Part shown: piece after piece, positions 18,405 to 26,952 of the stretch
How the letters are laid out: each line of letters begins with the position of its first letter
How positions within the stretch are numbered: position 1 is the stretch's first letter
Sequence record: NC_061418.1
Direction: 5' to 3' (one strand)
DNA length: 64,000 nucleotides
Translations under genes and position numbers: made by a program
The notes under the pieces: generated by a model
The model's input: only the letters and a program-made list of their open reading frames with translations
Databases searched by the model: none
Told to the model about the DNA's origin: nothing

Positions 18405-18625
18405 TGCACGATAATTTCTTCGTATTTCTCAATGGCCGTTTCTTGGTCATGAAATACCAACCAACCCATCTTGCTTGGGTTAGACGTATAGAGCAGCCCA
18501 ATTGAAGGTTTAGCGCCGCCCCAGTTTGTATTGAGTTTTGAAATAGGCGGAGTAACATGTACCAATTCGCCAAAGTCAATGACATGATCGTTGATAATAA
18601 CACTTTTAATTTCTTCGTCGGTCAC
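18380..18625 (-). CDS. Hypothetical protein, first gene behind early promoter 4
   Basis: GTG start with AAGGAG RBS. Confidence 0.75.
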   Translation of the reverse strand: MTDEEIKSVIINDHVIDFGELVHVTPPISKLNTNWGGAKPSIGLLYTSNPSKMGWLVFHDQETAIEKYEEIIVQWNLRKMK

Positions 18626-18662
18626 GGTAGGAACTCCTTATAAACGATTTTGTTTACGTTCT

Positions 18663-18689
18663 TTCACTAGGGTGATATAGGTGTGAAAC
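18663..18689 (-). promoter_or_regulatory. Phage early promoter 4
   Basis: GTTTCACACC-TATATCAC-CCTA-GTGAA. Confidence 0.8.
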
Positions 18690-18709
18690 AGGGTCGAGTT
18701 GACCCTGTT
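18687..18709 (-). terminator. Terminator overlapping promoter 4 upstream element
   Basis: 9-bp stem aacagggtc/gaccctgtt. Confidence 0.65.
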
Positions 18710-18721
18710 CCCATAGTACGT

Positions 18722-20101
18722 TTAACTTACAGCTTTTAAGACGTTATAACTTACTGCTTCGACAGGTTTAGTGACGTCGTACGTCCGTAGCGCGTTTTCA
18801 TAGGCTACCGGGTCATGTTTGTTCAGCATGAAAAGCGCTTGAACAGATGCACCTGGTAAAGGAGAGAAAGGAAGGTTATTACTAGGTTCCGTATCAGGGA
18901 ATGCCATTTTGAAGAACTGACGAATTTCTTTATCGCCTAATACTTCTACTTCAGCCCTGACGTCTATTCTCCCGTCCCGCAGCAGCGCATCGTCAAGTTT
19001 CTCAGGGCGGTTAGTCGTCAGGAAAACGATAACATCATTCAACCGCAAGACGCCGTCTAACGCGTTGAGGAAATCTGACAAGCTACCGTTTAGGTACTCG
19101 TCCATTGCTTTATCGTCAGAACTTTGTTCTTCAACGACGAAAGGGGTATTTTTGAGTTCTTCTGGGTTTTCCGGTTTGTTTCCCTCTTTTAAGTCAATGA
19201 TAACCTTTTCTTTACTCCGCGCTTTCGTGAACGAATACGTATCAATATCCTCGATAATCACAACCCCGCCAGCTGCTCGTTGGAAAAGCGCTTGGTATTG
19301 TAATCCACCGGCGGGTTTGAGGATATGAATATCGCGCCCTAACGCGGCCGCTAATGCCGAAATCAAACTGCTCTTTCCGGTGCCTGGTAAACCGTATAAC
19401 AACACTGTGAACTTATAAGCCAGTCCTCGTGATTCGTACCAGTCTTTACTCTTATTAAAATCGAAGATAGGGTCGATTAACTCGCGCTGGACTTTATCCG
19501 TAACGACTATGGTTTTAAGGTCTCTTTTCTTCAGTCGGCACAAATAATTCCAACTGTCGGTAGTATTGACAAATGTCCGTATGTTGTCTTTACCCGTGTC
19601 TTTCAGCATAAACTCATCCATCAGGTTTAAGATAGGTTTATGGCTGCGACCGAATTTACTAATGCTAAGACGGTATTTCGAATTACTCGCAGCGTTAGCA
19701 TCAATTTCCGTGATAGAGAAAACAAACACAGTGCCCTTATGAAGAAAGAAATGTGACCCCACACCAGGCCCCACTGCGGCGGACTCTCCATTCACGTCGC
19801 CATCAATAGTTATCGTCCTACTCCAATGGAACCAGCTATTCTTAGCAAACCATTTCAGGAACGCCCCGTATTGTTCGGAGTTATAATTACTCCAGTTGGT
19901 TCCTGAGGTGTTAAAGACCAAACTGGTAACAAATTGACGTTTGACCCATTGTACTACCGCCTTGGGCGTTTTGATTAACCCCCAACCAATCGCCCCTGAT
20001 ACCGCGATAGAGCTCGCGGCGACAATCGCGTTCTGTGCCATGGGGTAGTCTTTAAAGTTAGAAAGAATATGGTCGTAAAATGACATTAGTTGTTCGAGCA
20101 T
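18722..20101 (-). CDS. BCS1-like membrane-anchored AAA+ ATPase
   Basis: N-terminal hydrophobic helix, Walker A YGLPGTGKSS, Walker B VIIEDID, LNALDG, TTN, ALLRDGRID. Confidence 0.9.
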   Translation of the reverse strand: MLEQLMSFYDHILSNFKDYPMAQNAIVAASSIAVSGAIGWGLIKTPKAVVQWVKRQFVTSLVFNTSGTNWSNYNSEQYGAFLKWFAKNSWFHWSRTITIDGDVNGESAAVGPGVGSHFFLHKGTVFVFSITEIDANAASNSKYRLSISKFGRSHKPILNLMDEFMLKDTGKDNIRTFVNTTDSWNYLCRLKKRDLKTIVVTDKVQRELIDPIFDFNKSKDWYESRGLAYKFTVLLYGLPGTGKSSLISALAAALGRDIHILKPAGGLQYQALFQRAAGGVVIIEDIDTYSFTKARSKEKVIIDLKEGNKPENPEELKNTPFVVEEQSSDDKAMDEYLNGSLSDFLNALDGVLRLNDVIVFLTTNRPEKLDDALLRDGRIDVRAEVEVLGDKEIRQFFKMAFPDTEPSNNLPFSPLPGASVQALFMLNKHDPVAYENALRTYDVTKPVEAVSYNVLKAVS

Positions 20102-20170
20102 TATTATTCCCCGTTATGGTAATTATAGTCGCACCATATTCTTACTCTCTGCCGTAAAAAGCAAAAAAAA

Positions 20171-20194
20171 AAGAGGAGGGAAACCCCTCCTCTT
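20171..20194 (-). terminator. Intrinsic terminator
   Basis: aagaggaggg/ccctcctctt stem followed by a T run on minus strand. Confidence 0.85.
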
Positions 20195-20199
20195 TTAGC

Positions 20200-20364
20200 T
20201 TAGTCTAAATCGTTGAGTTCCTGACGTACGATCTTTTTACTGATACGACGTTCAGCGCGGTGAGTCAAGAGTTTAGAGTATGGACCGGGGATTGTTGGAT
20301 TACCTGGCCGGGCGCTCCAGAATTCTTGACTTTGAGCCTTAGAACCGCGTTTGGTTCTTGCCAT
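20200..20364 (-). CDS. 54-aa basic peptide (not in ORF track)
   Basis: Hand translation MARTKRGSKAQSQEFWSARPGNPTIPGPYSKLLTHRAERRISKKIVRQELNDLD; GAGGA RBS; terminator right after stop. Confidence 0.8.
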   Translation of the reverse strand: MARTKRGSKAQSQEFWSARPGNPTIPGPYSKLLTHRAERRISKKIVRQELNDLD

Positions 20365-20371
20365 GATTTGA

Positions 20372-20401
20372 GTCCTCGAGTTAAATTAGGTAATCGAGGA
20401 C
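20372..20401 (-). promoter_or_regulatory. RBS-sequestering hairpin of the 54-aa gene
   Basis: mRNA GUCCUCGA-N14-UCGAGGAC; right arm contains the GAGGA Shine-Dalgarno. Confidence 0.55.
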
Positions 20402-20422
20402 GGACTTGAAAATAATGCATTT

Positions 20423-20806
20423 TTATCCCGCAGTAAAAATAAACCAGTCTTTATCAAAATCAAATGATTTATTTTTAAGAATTAAAAAGAGTTTTAATCC
20501 TTCGTAATCGTTCCATCGATCGTCGGTTTGCTCGTTATTACGCGCAGTAATCTCAGAGACGATTAATGGGATATCATTCTTAGTAATAACCCACGGCCCC
20601 AAGTCATCGTTAGAGCAGAGGTTCGCAGCAGCCATAATTTCGGCTAATGTATGCTGATTCTTCCAGGATGCTATTCTCTTTGGTGAGACAGCATCATTGT
20701 TAAAAACTTCATCGTATTCAAATGTTTTCCCTACACCACCTTCACCTGTAACCGGTTCCAATACCGTGTCTTTATCGACCGAATAAAACGTGAGAAAAAA
20801 TCCCAT
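20423..20806 (-). CDS. Conserved phage hypothetical protein
   Basis: MGFFLTFY...ASWKNQH...ITKNDIP...DFDKDWFIF resembles a recalled MGLDxY/WRK phage family. Confidence 0.65.
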   Translation of the reverse strand: MGFFLTFYSVDKDTVLEPVTGEGGVGKTFEYDEVFNNDAVSPKRIASWKNQHTLAEIMAAANLCSNDDLGPWVITKNDIPLIVSEITARNNEQTDDRWNDYEGLKLFLILKNKSFDFDKDWFIFTAG

Positions 20807-21172
20807 CTATTCCCCTCCCCAAAAATAAGTTAAGATTGAATCGAAGTCAGCGATGCACCAGAAGGTATCTAACTCAATCCAAGAATCAATAATGTCGGAA
20901 GAACCCTCTACTATCCAAGTATCCAACAGTTCCCTGATCTCATCACCCGTTAAAACAAAATGAATTCCGGGTCGAGGGAAATTATACTTGGCCTGTACCA
21001 GTTTATGGAAAGACTCCGCGCTTTTTCCGCTGATTCCACGCACCGCTAACACCGGTCCAAGGTTATGTCCGTAGGTTAAGTATTGCCGTGTTTTCCCTGC
21101 TTCTGTTTCGTAGTTGTCTATCTTTTCGGGTATCACACAGTCACGCTGAAATTCCCTCAGTTCAACAAACAT
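20807..21172 (-). CDS. Hypothetical protein, possible distant paralog of 20423..20806
   Basis: LTGDEIRELLD...DFDSILTYFWG. Confidence 0.65.
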   Translation of the reverse strand: MFVELREFQRDCVIPEKIDNYETEAGKTRQYLTYGHNLGPVLAVRGISGKSAESFHKLVQAKYNFPRPGIHFVLTGDEIRELLDTWIVEGSSDIIDSWIELDTFWCIADFDSILTYFWGGE

Positions 21173-21175
21173 AGT

Positions 21176-21649
21176 TTAACCCTCGAACCGATAAACAATG
21201 ATTTCAAGATTGGTATCCTTAAAAGCCCGCTCAATGTTTTGGCGGACCATTTCCCAATCACCACCGGCCAGCCCGCATCCGATTAAAGGAAAACCAACTT
21301 TTAACGGCTTCTCTTCCTTTTTGAGAATCGATGCCATTATCTTCATTGCCAGATACTGTGCGCTATAATGCGTTTTATATCCCGGATCTGAATGGTCGTG
21401 GTGAAATTGGCCACAAAGATTGAAACCCCACTGCTCATCCTTTTTGGCGGCCGTTAATTTCCCCAATCTGTTTTTGACAGGGCGTTTGTCAGCAAAGTAA
21501 GGCTCAGCTATCCAGGGAAAAGCTTCGAAGATCTTAACAGCGATGCCACTCTTTGCGATCCCAAAGCAGTTTACTTGGTGGGCAATGACGTCGACTTCCT
21601 TATTAAAGAAAGCCTCAATCAAATCCCCTTTAATTTCGGTATAGGTCAT
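21176..21649 (-). CDS. Macrodomain protein (ADP-ribose binding/hydrolase, T4 Tk.4-like)
   Basis: IKGDL, IAHQVNC..GIA, FPLIGCGLAGGDW. Confidence 0.9.
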   Translation of the reverse strand: MTYTEIKGDLIEAFFNKEVDVIAHQVNCFGIAKSGIAVKIFEAFPWIAEPYFADKRPVKNRLGKLTAAKKDEQWGFNLCGQFHHDHSDPGYKTHYSAQYLAMKIMASILKKEEKPLKVGFPLIGCGLAGGDWEMVRQNIERAFKDTNLEIIVYRFEG

Positions 21650-21667
21650 TGCCCAAACTCTCCGTAT

Positions 21668-22282
21668 TTAATTGATGATAAACTTACAATCTTCGAGATG
21701 GTATTCTCGCCCGCCAAAACAAAGTTTCTTAACGTAGTTAGGACGAGGAAGATTAACGTTGTCCATGTAGGCATTATGGGAAACTAATGACTTGTTAATT
21801 ATTTTCCCTTTGTTGTATTCGACGAGTTTCCCTGGGTGTTCTTGGGAAAAGCCAAACCCTGAGAATTTCAACTTTACATGAGAATGAAAAGAGAGATTTC
21901 GCCAGCCTGGGAATTTCAACCCTTTAACGTGCGCGGCGATAAAACGAATCAGAGCGGTATAAATTTTACCCAGTTCGCTCACTGTCAGTCGTTCTTCTTC
22001 ATCGCCAAAACGGAAAATAATCTTGACGTCATGACCGTCCAGATTACGATGCCAGTCGATGATAAAACGAGAATAATAACCGTACAGTCCATTCTCGGCG
22101 ACAGTGCGGTTGCGATAGGTTTGTGCCGTCTCAGAGTCGTAACGATAGGCGCCTGGCTCCAAAGGCTGCCCGCGTCTGAAACCAATAAACTGTGCGAGCT
22201 GTACCGCTTGGATTAAAGTCAGGTGCACGGCGGTACCGAACTTGTTAGTGATAATAAAAATGGGACTTGAAGACGTATGCAT
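21668..22282 (-). CDS. Hypothetical protein
   Basis: TAATG-type overlap with upstream gene. Confidence 0.75.
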   Translation of the reverse strand: MHTSSSPIFIITNKFGTAVHLTLIQAVQLAQFIGFRRGQPLEPGAYRYDSETAQTYRNRTVAENGLYGYYSRFIIDWHRNLDGHDVKIIFRFGDEEERLTVSELGKIYTALIRFIAAHVKGLKFPGWRNLSFHSHVKLKFSGFGFSQEHPGKLVEYNKGKIINKSLVSHNAYMDNVNLPRPNYVKKLCFGGREYHLEDCKFIIN

Positions 22283-22887
22283 TAATTTGACTCCTGTAGT
22301 AGTTTGGCTATTTCAGTAACGAATTCGGAATGATCCTCTAATTTATCGCTACCGATCTCTGAACGTCTTATTTGATCATCGACATATTTAGAGATTAAGG
22401 CGTTGATTTTACCAGCTGGGCTGGAGAGAAATTCTTTTGATTCGGCGTAGTCATTATTCCAATGACGAATATAATACTCTGGAGAAAATCTTTCCGGCGT
22501 GTTGAAGTTTTGTAATTCTCCCTTTGCGAGTAACTTGAGGCTCTCTGAAAACAAAACATCAATACTGCGACCTGGGTAGTCATCCCTATAGCTAAATTGG
22601 ACGGAAATCGAAAATGTATTAATAACAGGGTGATCGCCACATCGTTCGATGACTTCCTTTTTCCAATTGGCTAAAGGCCCATTTTGTAAAGCGAATGTTA
22701 ATACATCCTCGGAAATAATCTCGTCACCATAGTGCTCTCGGTTGAAATTTTCGATTTTATCTGTTAATGACTTGAATAAATATGTTTGATTTGAACGAAT
22801 AAAAACCGGGTAATAATCATTAGTGATTAAGTCCCTTTCTTCCTGATTTAACGGCTCTTTAAGAAAACCGAGTTTTGTTCTTGACAT
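22282..22887 (-). CDS. Hypothetical protein
   Basis: Tiling ORF. Confidence 0.75.
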   Translation of the reverse strand: MSRTKLGFLKEPLNQEERDLITNDYYPVFIRSNQTYLFKSLTDKIENFNREHYGDEIISEDVLTFALQNGPLANWKKEVIERCGDHPVINTFSISVQFSYRDDYPGRSIDVLFSESLKLLAKGELQNFNTPERFSPEYYIRHWNNDYAESKEFLSSPAGKINALISKYVDDQIRRSEIGSDKLEDHSEFVTEIAKLLQESN

Positions 22888-22897
22888 ACCCTATCCC

Positions 22898-23302
22898 CTA
22901 ATTGAAATTAAACACTAAACGCTCAACACCTTTTGATTTAAGAATATTTAATTTCTCAAACCACTCTTCTCCAAGATGTTCTCGCCAAGTCGCTGTTGTC
23001 CCTTGTCCCTCAGGTAGAGTATCGTGACCGTCTCGGCGATCCTCCACTAACTGATCGTAATCAAACTCGAACAGATATTTTGTTTCCAGTGTGTAATTAT
23101 AGTCGCAGTCGTAATTAATTGGCTCTCCTGCCTTTTCCCACTTGTAAGGTAACGGAGGGACTCCGGCGTGGTTCCGGACATCAGCAAACCAACCGTAAAT
23201 GAAATAAGATTGGAAATCAAACCAATCTACACCGCCAGAGATTCCTTCCCACTTCCCATTTTTATTTTTCTTTTCAAACCGCCCGTAAATGTAAGCGCCC
23301 AT
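22898..23302 (-). CDS. Conserved phage hypothetical protein
   Basis: MGAYIY...KWE...QSYFIYGWFADVRNH resembles the recalled MGCDIH...RNY.LFA.LAGVRN phage family. Confidence 0.7.
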   Translation of the reverse strand: MGAYIYGRFEKKNKNGKWEGISGGVDWFDFQSYFIYGWFADVRNHAGVPPLPYKWEKAGEPINYDCDYNYTLETKYLFEFDYDQLVEDRRDGHDTLPEGQGTTATWREHLGEEWFEKLNILKSKGVERLVFNFN

Positions 23303-23303
23303 T

Positions 23304-23651
23304 CTATTTTTCCTCTACCTTGTAGTAAAGAGTAAGACCGTATTCGAAAGGATGTATCAAAGAGAGACTATGCCAGCAATTATCGTTTACAGGGAGCCCT
23401 TCTTCTGAGGCAGTGACTCCTTGTAGACGTTTGAGAAGACTGAAGAGAGTGTCGTTGTCGGTCTCATTCATCCACTCTTTAAGTTGAGACATCAGATTGG
23501 CGACACCGATAGTTAGCCTATAGTTAATAGTTGTAACATCCCGATCTTCTGGTGTTACTGTAACCGCCGCGACTTTTCTGTCCAGTAAGTCCATTCGAGT
23601 GTAAATAACTGCTAAATAAATTTTCATTAGTATCCCCCTTATTAAACACAA
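23304..23651 (-). CDS. Hypothetical protein (true start probably MKIY at 23627)
   Basis: GGGGG RBS precedes the internal ATG. Confidence 0.7.
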   Translation of the reverse strand: MCLIRGILMKIYLAVIYTRMDLLDRKVAAVTVTPEDRDVTTINYRLTIGVANLMSQLKEWMNETDNDTLFSLLKRLQGVTASEEGLPVNDNCWHSLSLIHPFEYGLTLYYKVEEK

Positions 23652-23676
23652 GGTGAGAGGAAAGACCCCTCACCTT
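23650..23676 (-). terminator. Intrinsic terminator
   Basis: aaggtgag/ctcacctt stem with inner G-C pairs. Confidence 0.6.
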
Positions 23677-23682
23677 TTTACC

Positions 23683-23997
23683 TTATTTTTGCCTGATACG
23701 GAGTTCGAGTTTAATCGATAAATCGTCACCGTCAGTTTCATCAAATGAGAGACTCCGCCAGATTCCTATTTCTCCGCCGTACGCGTAGAAATAAATCTCC
23801 CTTTCGAAAATAACGAAGAGCTTCTCAATAATCGCTGTTTCTTCATTCGTAAAAGCAAATGACGGAGAAAGCGATTCCGAACGATGTTTAGGTAGTCCCT
23901 GTAACAATTCTACGGAATCATTAAACTCCGTCGAAGTAACACCGGAGTGACGAGCGTGACCAACTACCAGACACGTTTCTAAAACGCACGTTGTCAT
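23683..23997 (-). CDS. Hypothetical protein
   Basis: ATGA overlap with thyA stop. Confidence 0.75.
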   Translation of the reverse strand: MTTCVLETCLVVGHARHSGVTSTEFNDSVELLQGLPKHRSESLSPSFAFTNEETAIIEKLFVIFEREIYFYAYGGEIGIWRSLSFDETDGDDLSIKLELRIRQK

Positions 23998-25373
23998 ACC
24001 GACACCTGTAATTTAATGGCTGGGTGATGCTTGTACTCAGTGAAGACGAAATCTTCATAGGTGAGTTCAAACAACCCTTTCTTCGGCATCTCTGAGTTAT
24101 AGTAGTGCTCAGAGCGAACGTAACACTCAACCGGTTTGTAAGGCTCGCGAGTTAACTGTAACTTCGCTTCCTCTAACTGATTATTGTAGATATGGACGTT
24201 AGTCAGATTACCAACCAGCTTATTGGGCGCCATACCGAGCTCATGAGCAAATGACAGCAACATGAAGGCGTAGAAAGCCTGGTTAAAGGGCTCACCGGTC
24301 ATTGTGTCACAGCTCCGCATACTGTATTTCAAACTCAGCCACTGCGTCGGTACGTGGTTCTCCGTCAACCATTCCGCTTTACGCTCAGGGGACATTTTCG
24401 GCTGGTCACAATGTTCTTCGCTGTAGCAGTCCGACATATGGTCTTCCCAAAGATCCTGGAAGTACGGGTTAGCATTGTTCCTGCACCATTTTAACCGCTC
24501 GCTCAATGTCATCTCTTCTACGTAGAACTCTACCAGGAAATGACACGGGGTAAGGCATGGTTTACCCTCCACAATATTTTCCTGCGGCGTAACCTTAACG
24601 GTCTTAGTGCGTGGTACACCATGACTTGCTAAGAACTCTTCGCAGTTATCGGTCTTGCCATGATATTCCAGGCGCGGCCAGAAAATAGCATAAAGGTCCG
24701 GACTGTGAGTTTTTAAATGTTCCCACATCTCGTCACTACTGAGAGTAACTTCTTTCGTTTCTTCCGGCATCCAAAGCGGGTTCCACGCCGAGATCAGGAT
24801 ACGACGCGATTCCGGATTGTTCCGTAGGAGATCGAGCGCATACGCGATTTGGTCAACGCCCTTCTTCTCTAATGGATTCTCGGAGAAGTTTCGCCATGCT
24901 GACCCGTAAGGGGCATTAAGGTCACCCGCTTTGTTCACGGTGACCTGGCGAGTACGCGGTACACCTTTTTCATCTAGCCAACGATGGCCGTCTTCAACAG
25001 GCTGAATGGAGATCCCTTTGCTGTAAAACTCGATGTGAGCTTCTTTGTTGTTCTCTTCAAGCCACTTCAGGCGCTCGTAGTTTTCCAGAGGAACTTCTTT
25101 CACCACGTCAGCTTCTAAACGCCACGGGTCCCAGAACTTGACATTATTCTCCACCATGGTATCGAGGTGGAGTTCCCCGTTTAACATTGCCTTGTACTCA
25201 AACCACGCAGATTTACGCGGAACGAACTTCGTGGTGAGCAGAGGGAATTCCCCGGTCGAAAGGTCGTACTTCAGTTTCGCATCAAAAATAGAAATCGTCC
25301 CCGTTCCCGTCCTGTCTCCTCGCTGACGACCGGTTTCGATAATTTCACGTAGTAGATCGAGATACTGTTTCAC
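23994..25373 (-). CDS. thyA: Thymidylate synthase with three repeated insertions
   Basis: DRTGTGT, FPLLTTK, NPESRRILISAWNP, PCH catalytic Cys, MRSCD, PFNQAFY, HIY. Confidence 0.95.
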   Translation of the reverse strand: MKQYLDLLREIIETGRQRGDRTGTGTISIFDAKLKYDLSTGEFPLLTTKFVPRKSAWFEYKAMLNGELHLDTMVENNVKFWDPWRLEADVVKEVPLENYERLKWLEENNKEAHIEFYSKGISIQPVEDGHRWLDEKGVPRTRQVTVNKAGDLNAPYGSAWRNFSENPLEKKGVDQIAYALDLLRNNPESRRILISAWNPLWMPEETKEVTLSSDEMWEHLKTHSPDLYAIFWPRLEYHGKTDNCEEFLASHGVPRTKTVKVTPQENIVEGKPCLTPCHFLVEFYVEEMTLSERLKWCRNNANPYFQDLWEDHMSDCYSEEHCDQPKMSPERKAEWLTENHVPTQWLSLKYSMRSCDTMTGEPFNQAFYAFMLLSFAHELGMAPNKLVGNLTNVHIYNNQLEEAKLQLTREPYKPVECYVRSEHYYNSEMPKKGLFELTYEDFVFTEYKHHPAIKLQVSV

Positions 25374-25792
25374 TATTCTTTTTCCTCTTTAGCGATTTTA
25401 TAGTGTTTAGGGGCTTTATTCACACTTACGAATTCCCCGGTAAACCAACCTTCCGATTGCTCAATGATACGGTAATAGAACATCCGGTTATACCTCGTTC
25501 CGCTCCGGGAAGTAATCAGCCGGGTTAATTCGGCCGGAAGCGAAAACGCACCAGAGAGCACTTTATACAGGTAATCTTTCCCTACCCGAAAACGAAACTC
25601 TAACGTGATAGGGTCGTATTCGAATTCGAGCGACGAATAAGGTTCAGGCTGTAAGTCCCTGAACCCTGCGGAGAGGTAACAACTCCCGCCTGGTGCAATA
25701 CGGAGATAGACCGGTTTTAGGTTAGGAAGTTTATTGGTCTTCGGAACAAACTTTTCAAAGGCCATTTTGTTCTCTCTTATTAATTTAATCAA
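25373..25792 (-). CDS. Hypothetical protein, paralog family with 8225..8575 and 26953..27366
   Basis: LEFEYDPITLEFRFRVG, EGWFTGEF; likely start MAFEKF. Confidence 0.75.
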   Translation of the reverse strand: MIKLIRENKMAFEKFVPKTNKLPNLKPVYLRIAPGGSCYLSAGFRDLQPEPYSSLEFEYDPITLEFRFRVGKDYLYKVLSGAFSLPAELTRLITSRSGTRYNRMFYYRIIEQSEGWFTGEFVSVNKAPKHYKIAKEEKE

Positions 25793-25812
25793 ATAAAATC
25801 AAGACGGAATAA

Positions 25813-25840
25813 AAAGAGAGAGGGGAGTACCCTCTCTCTT
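25813..25840 (-). terminator. Intrinsic terminator
   Basis: aagagagaggg/ccctctctctt stem. Confidence 0.8.
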
Positions 25841-25843
25841 CAT

Positions 25844-26440
25844 TTATCTACCTGTACGCTTATTTGTCCAAGAAGACAATCGTTTCAAATTATCTCGATG
25901 AACCAATAAATCACCCCAATTTTTCTCGGGAGAGTTATCACCAGATGTAGCTCTCTGGTAGGCATACATAATTTGCTCGTAAGAAACCTCTACAGGCATC
26001 CCGCCTGTCGCTGTGCAGAATAACGGCATAACGACGTTTTTTATCGCCCGATCTGGAGAAATACGGTTGAAATATTTTATCTGGCAAAAAGCAGCCAGCG
26101 CCGCGTGATATGCAATATCTTTACTTTTTGTCGGGCTAGGGAATCGCATCGTCGGTGCATAGCACAATTGAACTGCTTCACTCAGTGAAACGGTGATAGC
26201 CTGCCCCACTGGCATTTCTTTACCCCAGAATTGTTTGATGACCGTTTGGACAGTTTCTTGGGAGCGAGGAAACTTGTCCCTTACTACTTTGTCAAAACCA
26301 CCGTCCATAATACCAAACGAGTTACCAGGTGTAATAATGCAGTCGTAATCCTTACCCGGGACCATCGTTCTGAAATCCCGTTTTTCAAAATTTGGCCAGC
26401 TATCAAAGCCAGATAAATCAATTATCTTTAGATTAAACAT
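25844..26440 (-). CDS. Macrodomain protein (Appr-1-p processing family)
   Basis: IITPGNSFGIMDGGFD, YAPTMRFP, VVMPLFCTATGG. Confidence 0.9.
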   Translation of the reverse strand: MFNLKIIDLSGFDSWPNFEKRDFRTMVPGKDYDCIITPGNSFGIMDGGFDKVVRDKFPRSQETVQTVIKQFWGKEMPVGQAITVSLSEAVQLCYAPTMRFPSPTKSKDIAYHAALAAFCQIKYFNRISPDRAIKNVVMPLFCTATGGMPVEVSYEQIMYAYQRATSGDNSPEKNWGDLLVHRDNLKRLSSWTNKRTGR

Positions 26441-26454
26441 TTTTGGTTACCTCT

Positions 26455-26934
26455 TTAATTAAAAAAGAAATTAGGGAATGGAAGCATTGACTTTTTCTTG
26501 TAGTCGCGATAGACGATTTCAATCGTTAACTTAGCCCCTGCTTTTGAGGTGAGAAGAAGCACGTCAGAAATGTAATGCGTATTCGTTATCTTCTTTTTCC
26601 GGTAAAGGCCAAGAACTTTTTCGGACTTCTCATTAATTACGTAGTCGCTTTCCAGCCTTACTCGGATTTCTCCTTCGGAATTAGTTCGAATGGCCAGTTG
26701 GAAGTTGATAGAAAGTAGTGGCGTAGTAACCTTAACTTCCCCTTTCTCTCCGATACCCTTCTTCAGTTTTTCTTGGAAAGTGGTACTTTCTGCGTTACTT
26801 CGTAAATACTCAGTAACCTCATCGATTACTTTTGAGATTACTACAATCAAATCCCCTTCCGAAAAAACCTTTTCTTCTTGTTTCGGTTCTTCAAGTGCCT
26901 GAAATAGTTTAGCGAGCGGGTCACTGGATGCCAT
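26455..26934 (-). CDS. Hypothetical protein
   Basis: Tiling ORF. Confidence 0.75.
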   Translation of the reverse strand: MASSDPLAKLFQALEEPKQEEKVFSEGDLIVVISKVIDEVTEYLRSNAESTTFQEKLKKGIGEKGEVKVTTPLLSINFQLAIRTNSEGEIRVRLESDYVINEKSEKVLGLYRKKKITNTHYISDVLLLTSKAGAKLTIEIVYRDYKKKSMLPFPNFFFN

Positions 26935-26952
26935 ATAATTTCCCCTAGTTAC

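Noticed and set aside
20119-23107. 15-bp direct repeat gtaattatagtcgca (20119-20133 and 23093-23107)
   Set aside because: One copy is in coding sequence, with no flanking structure; plausible by chance in AT-rich DNA.
23994-25373. thyA-like gene as a dCMP hydroxymethylase (modified DNA)
   Set aside because: The specificity residue is Asn (PFN), typical of dUMP methylation; a dUTPase is present and no base-modification genes were seen.
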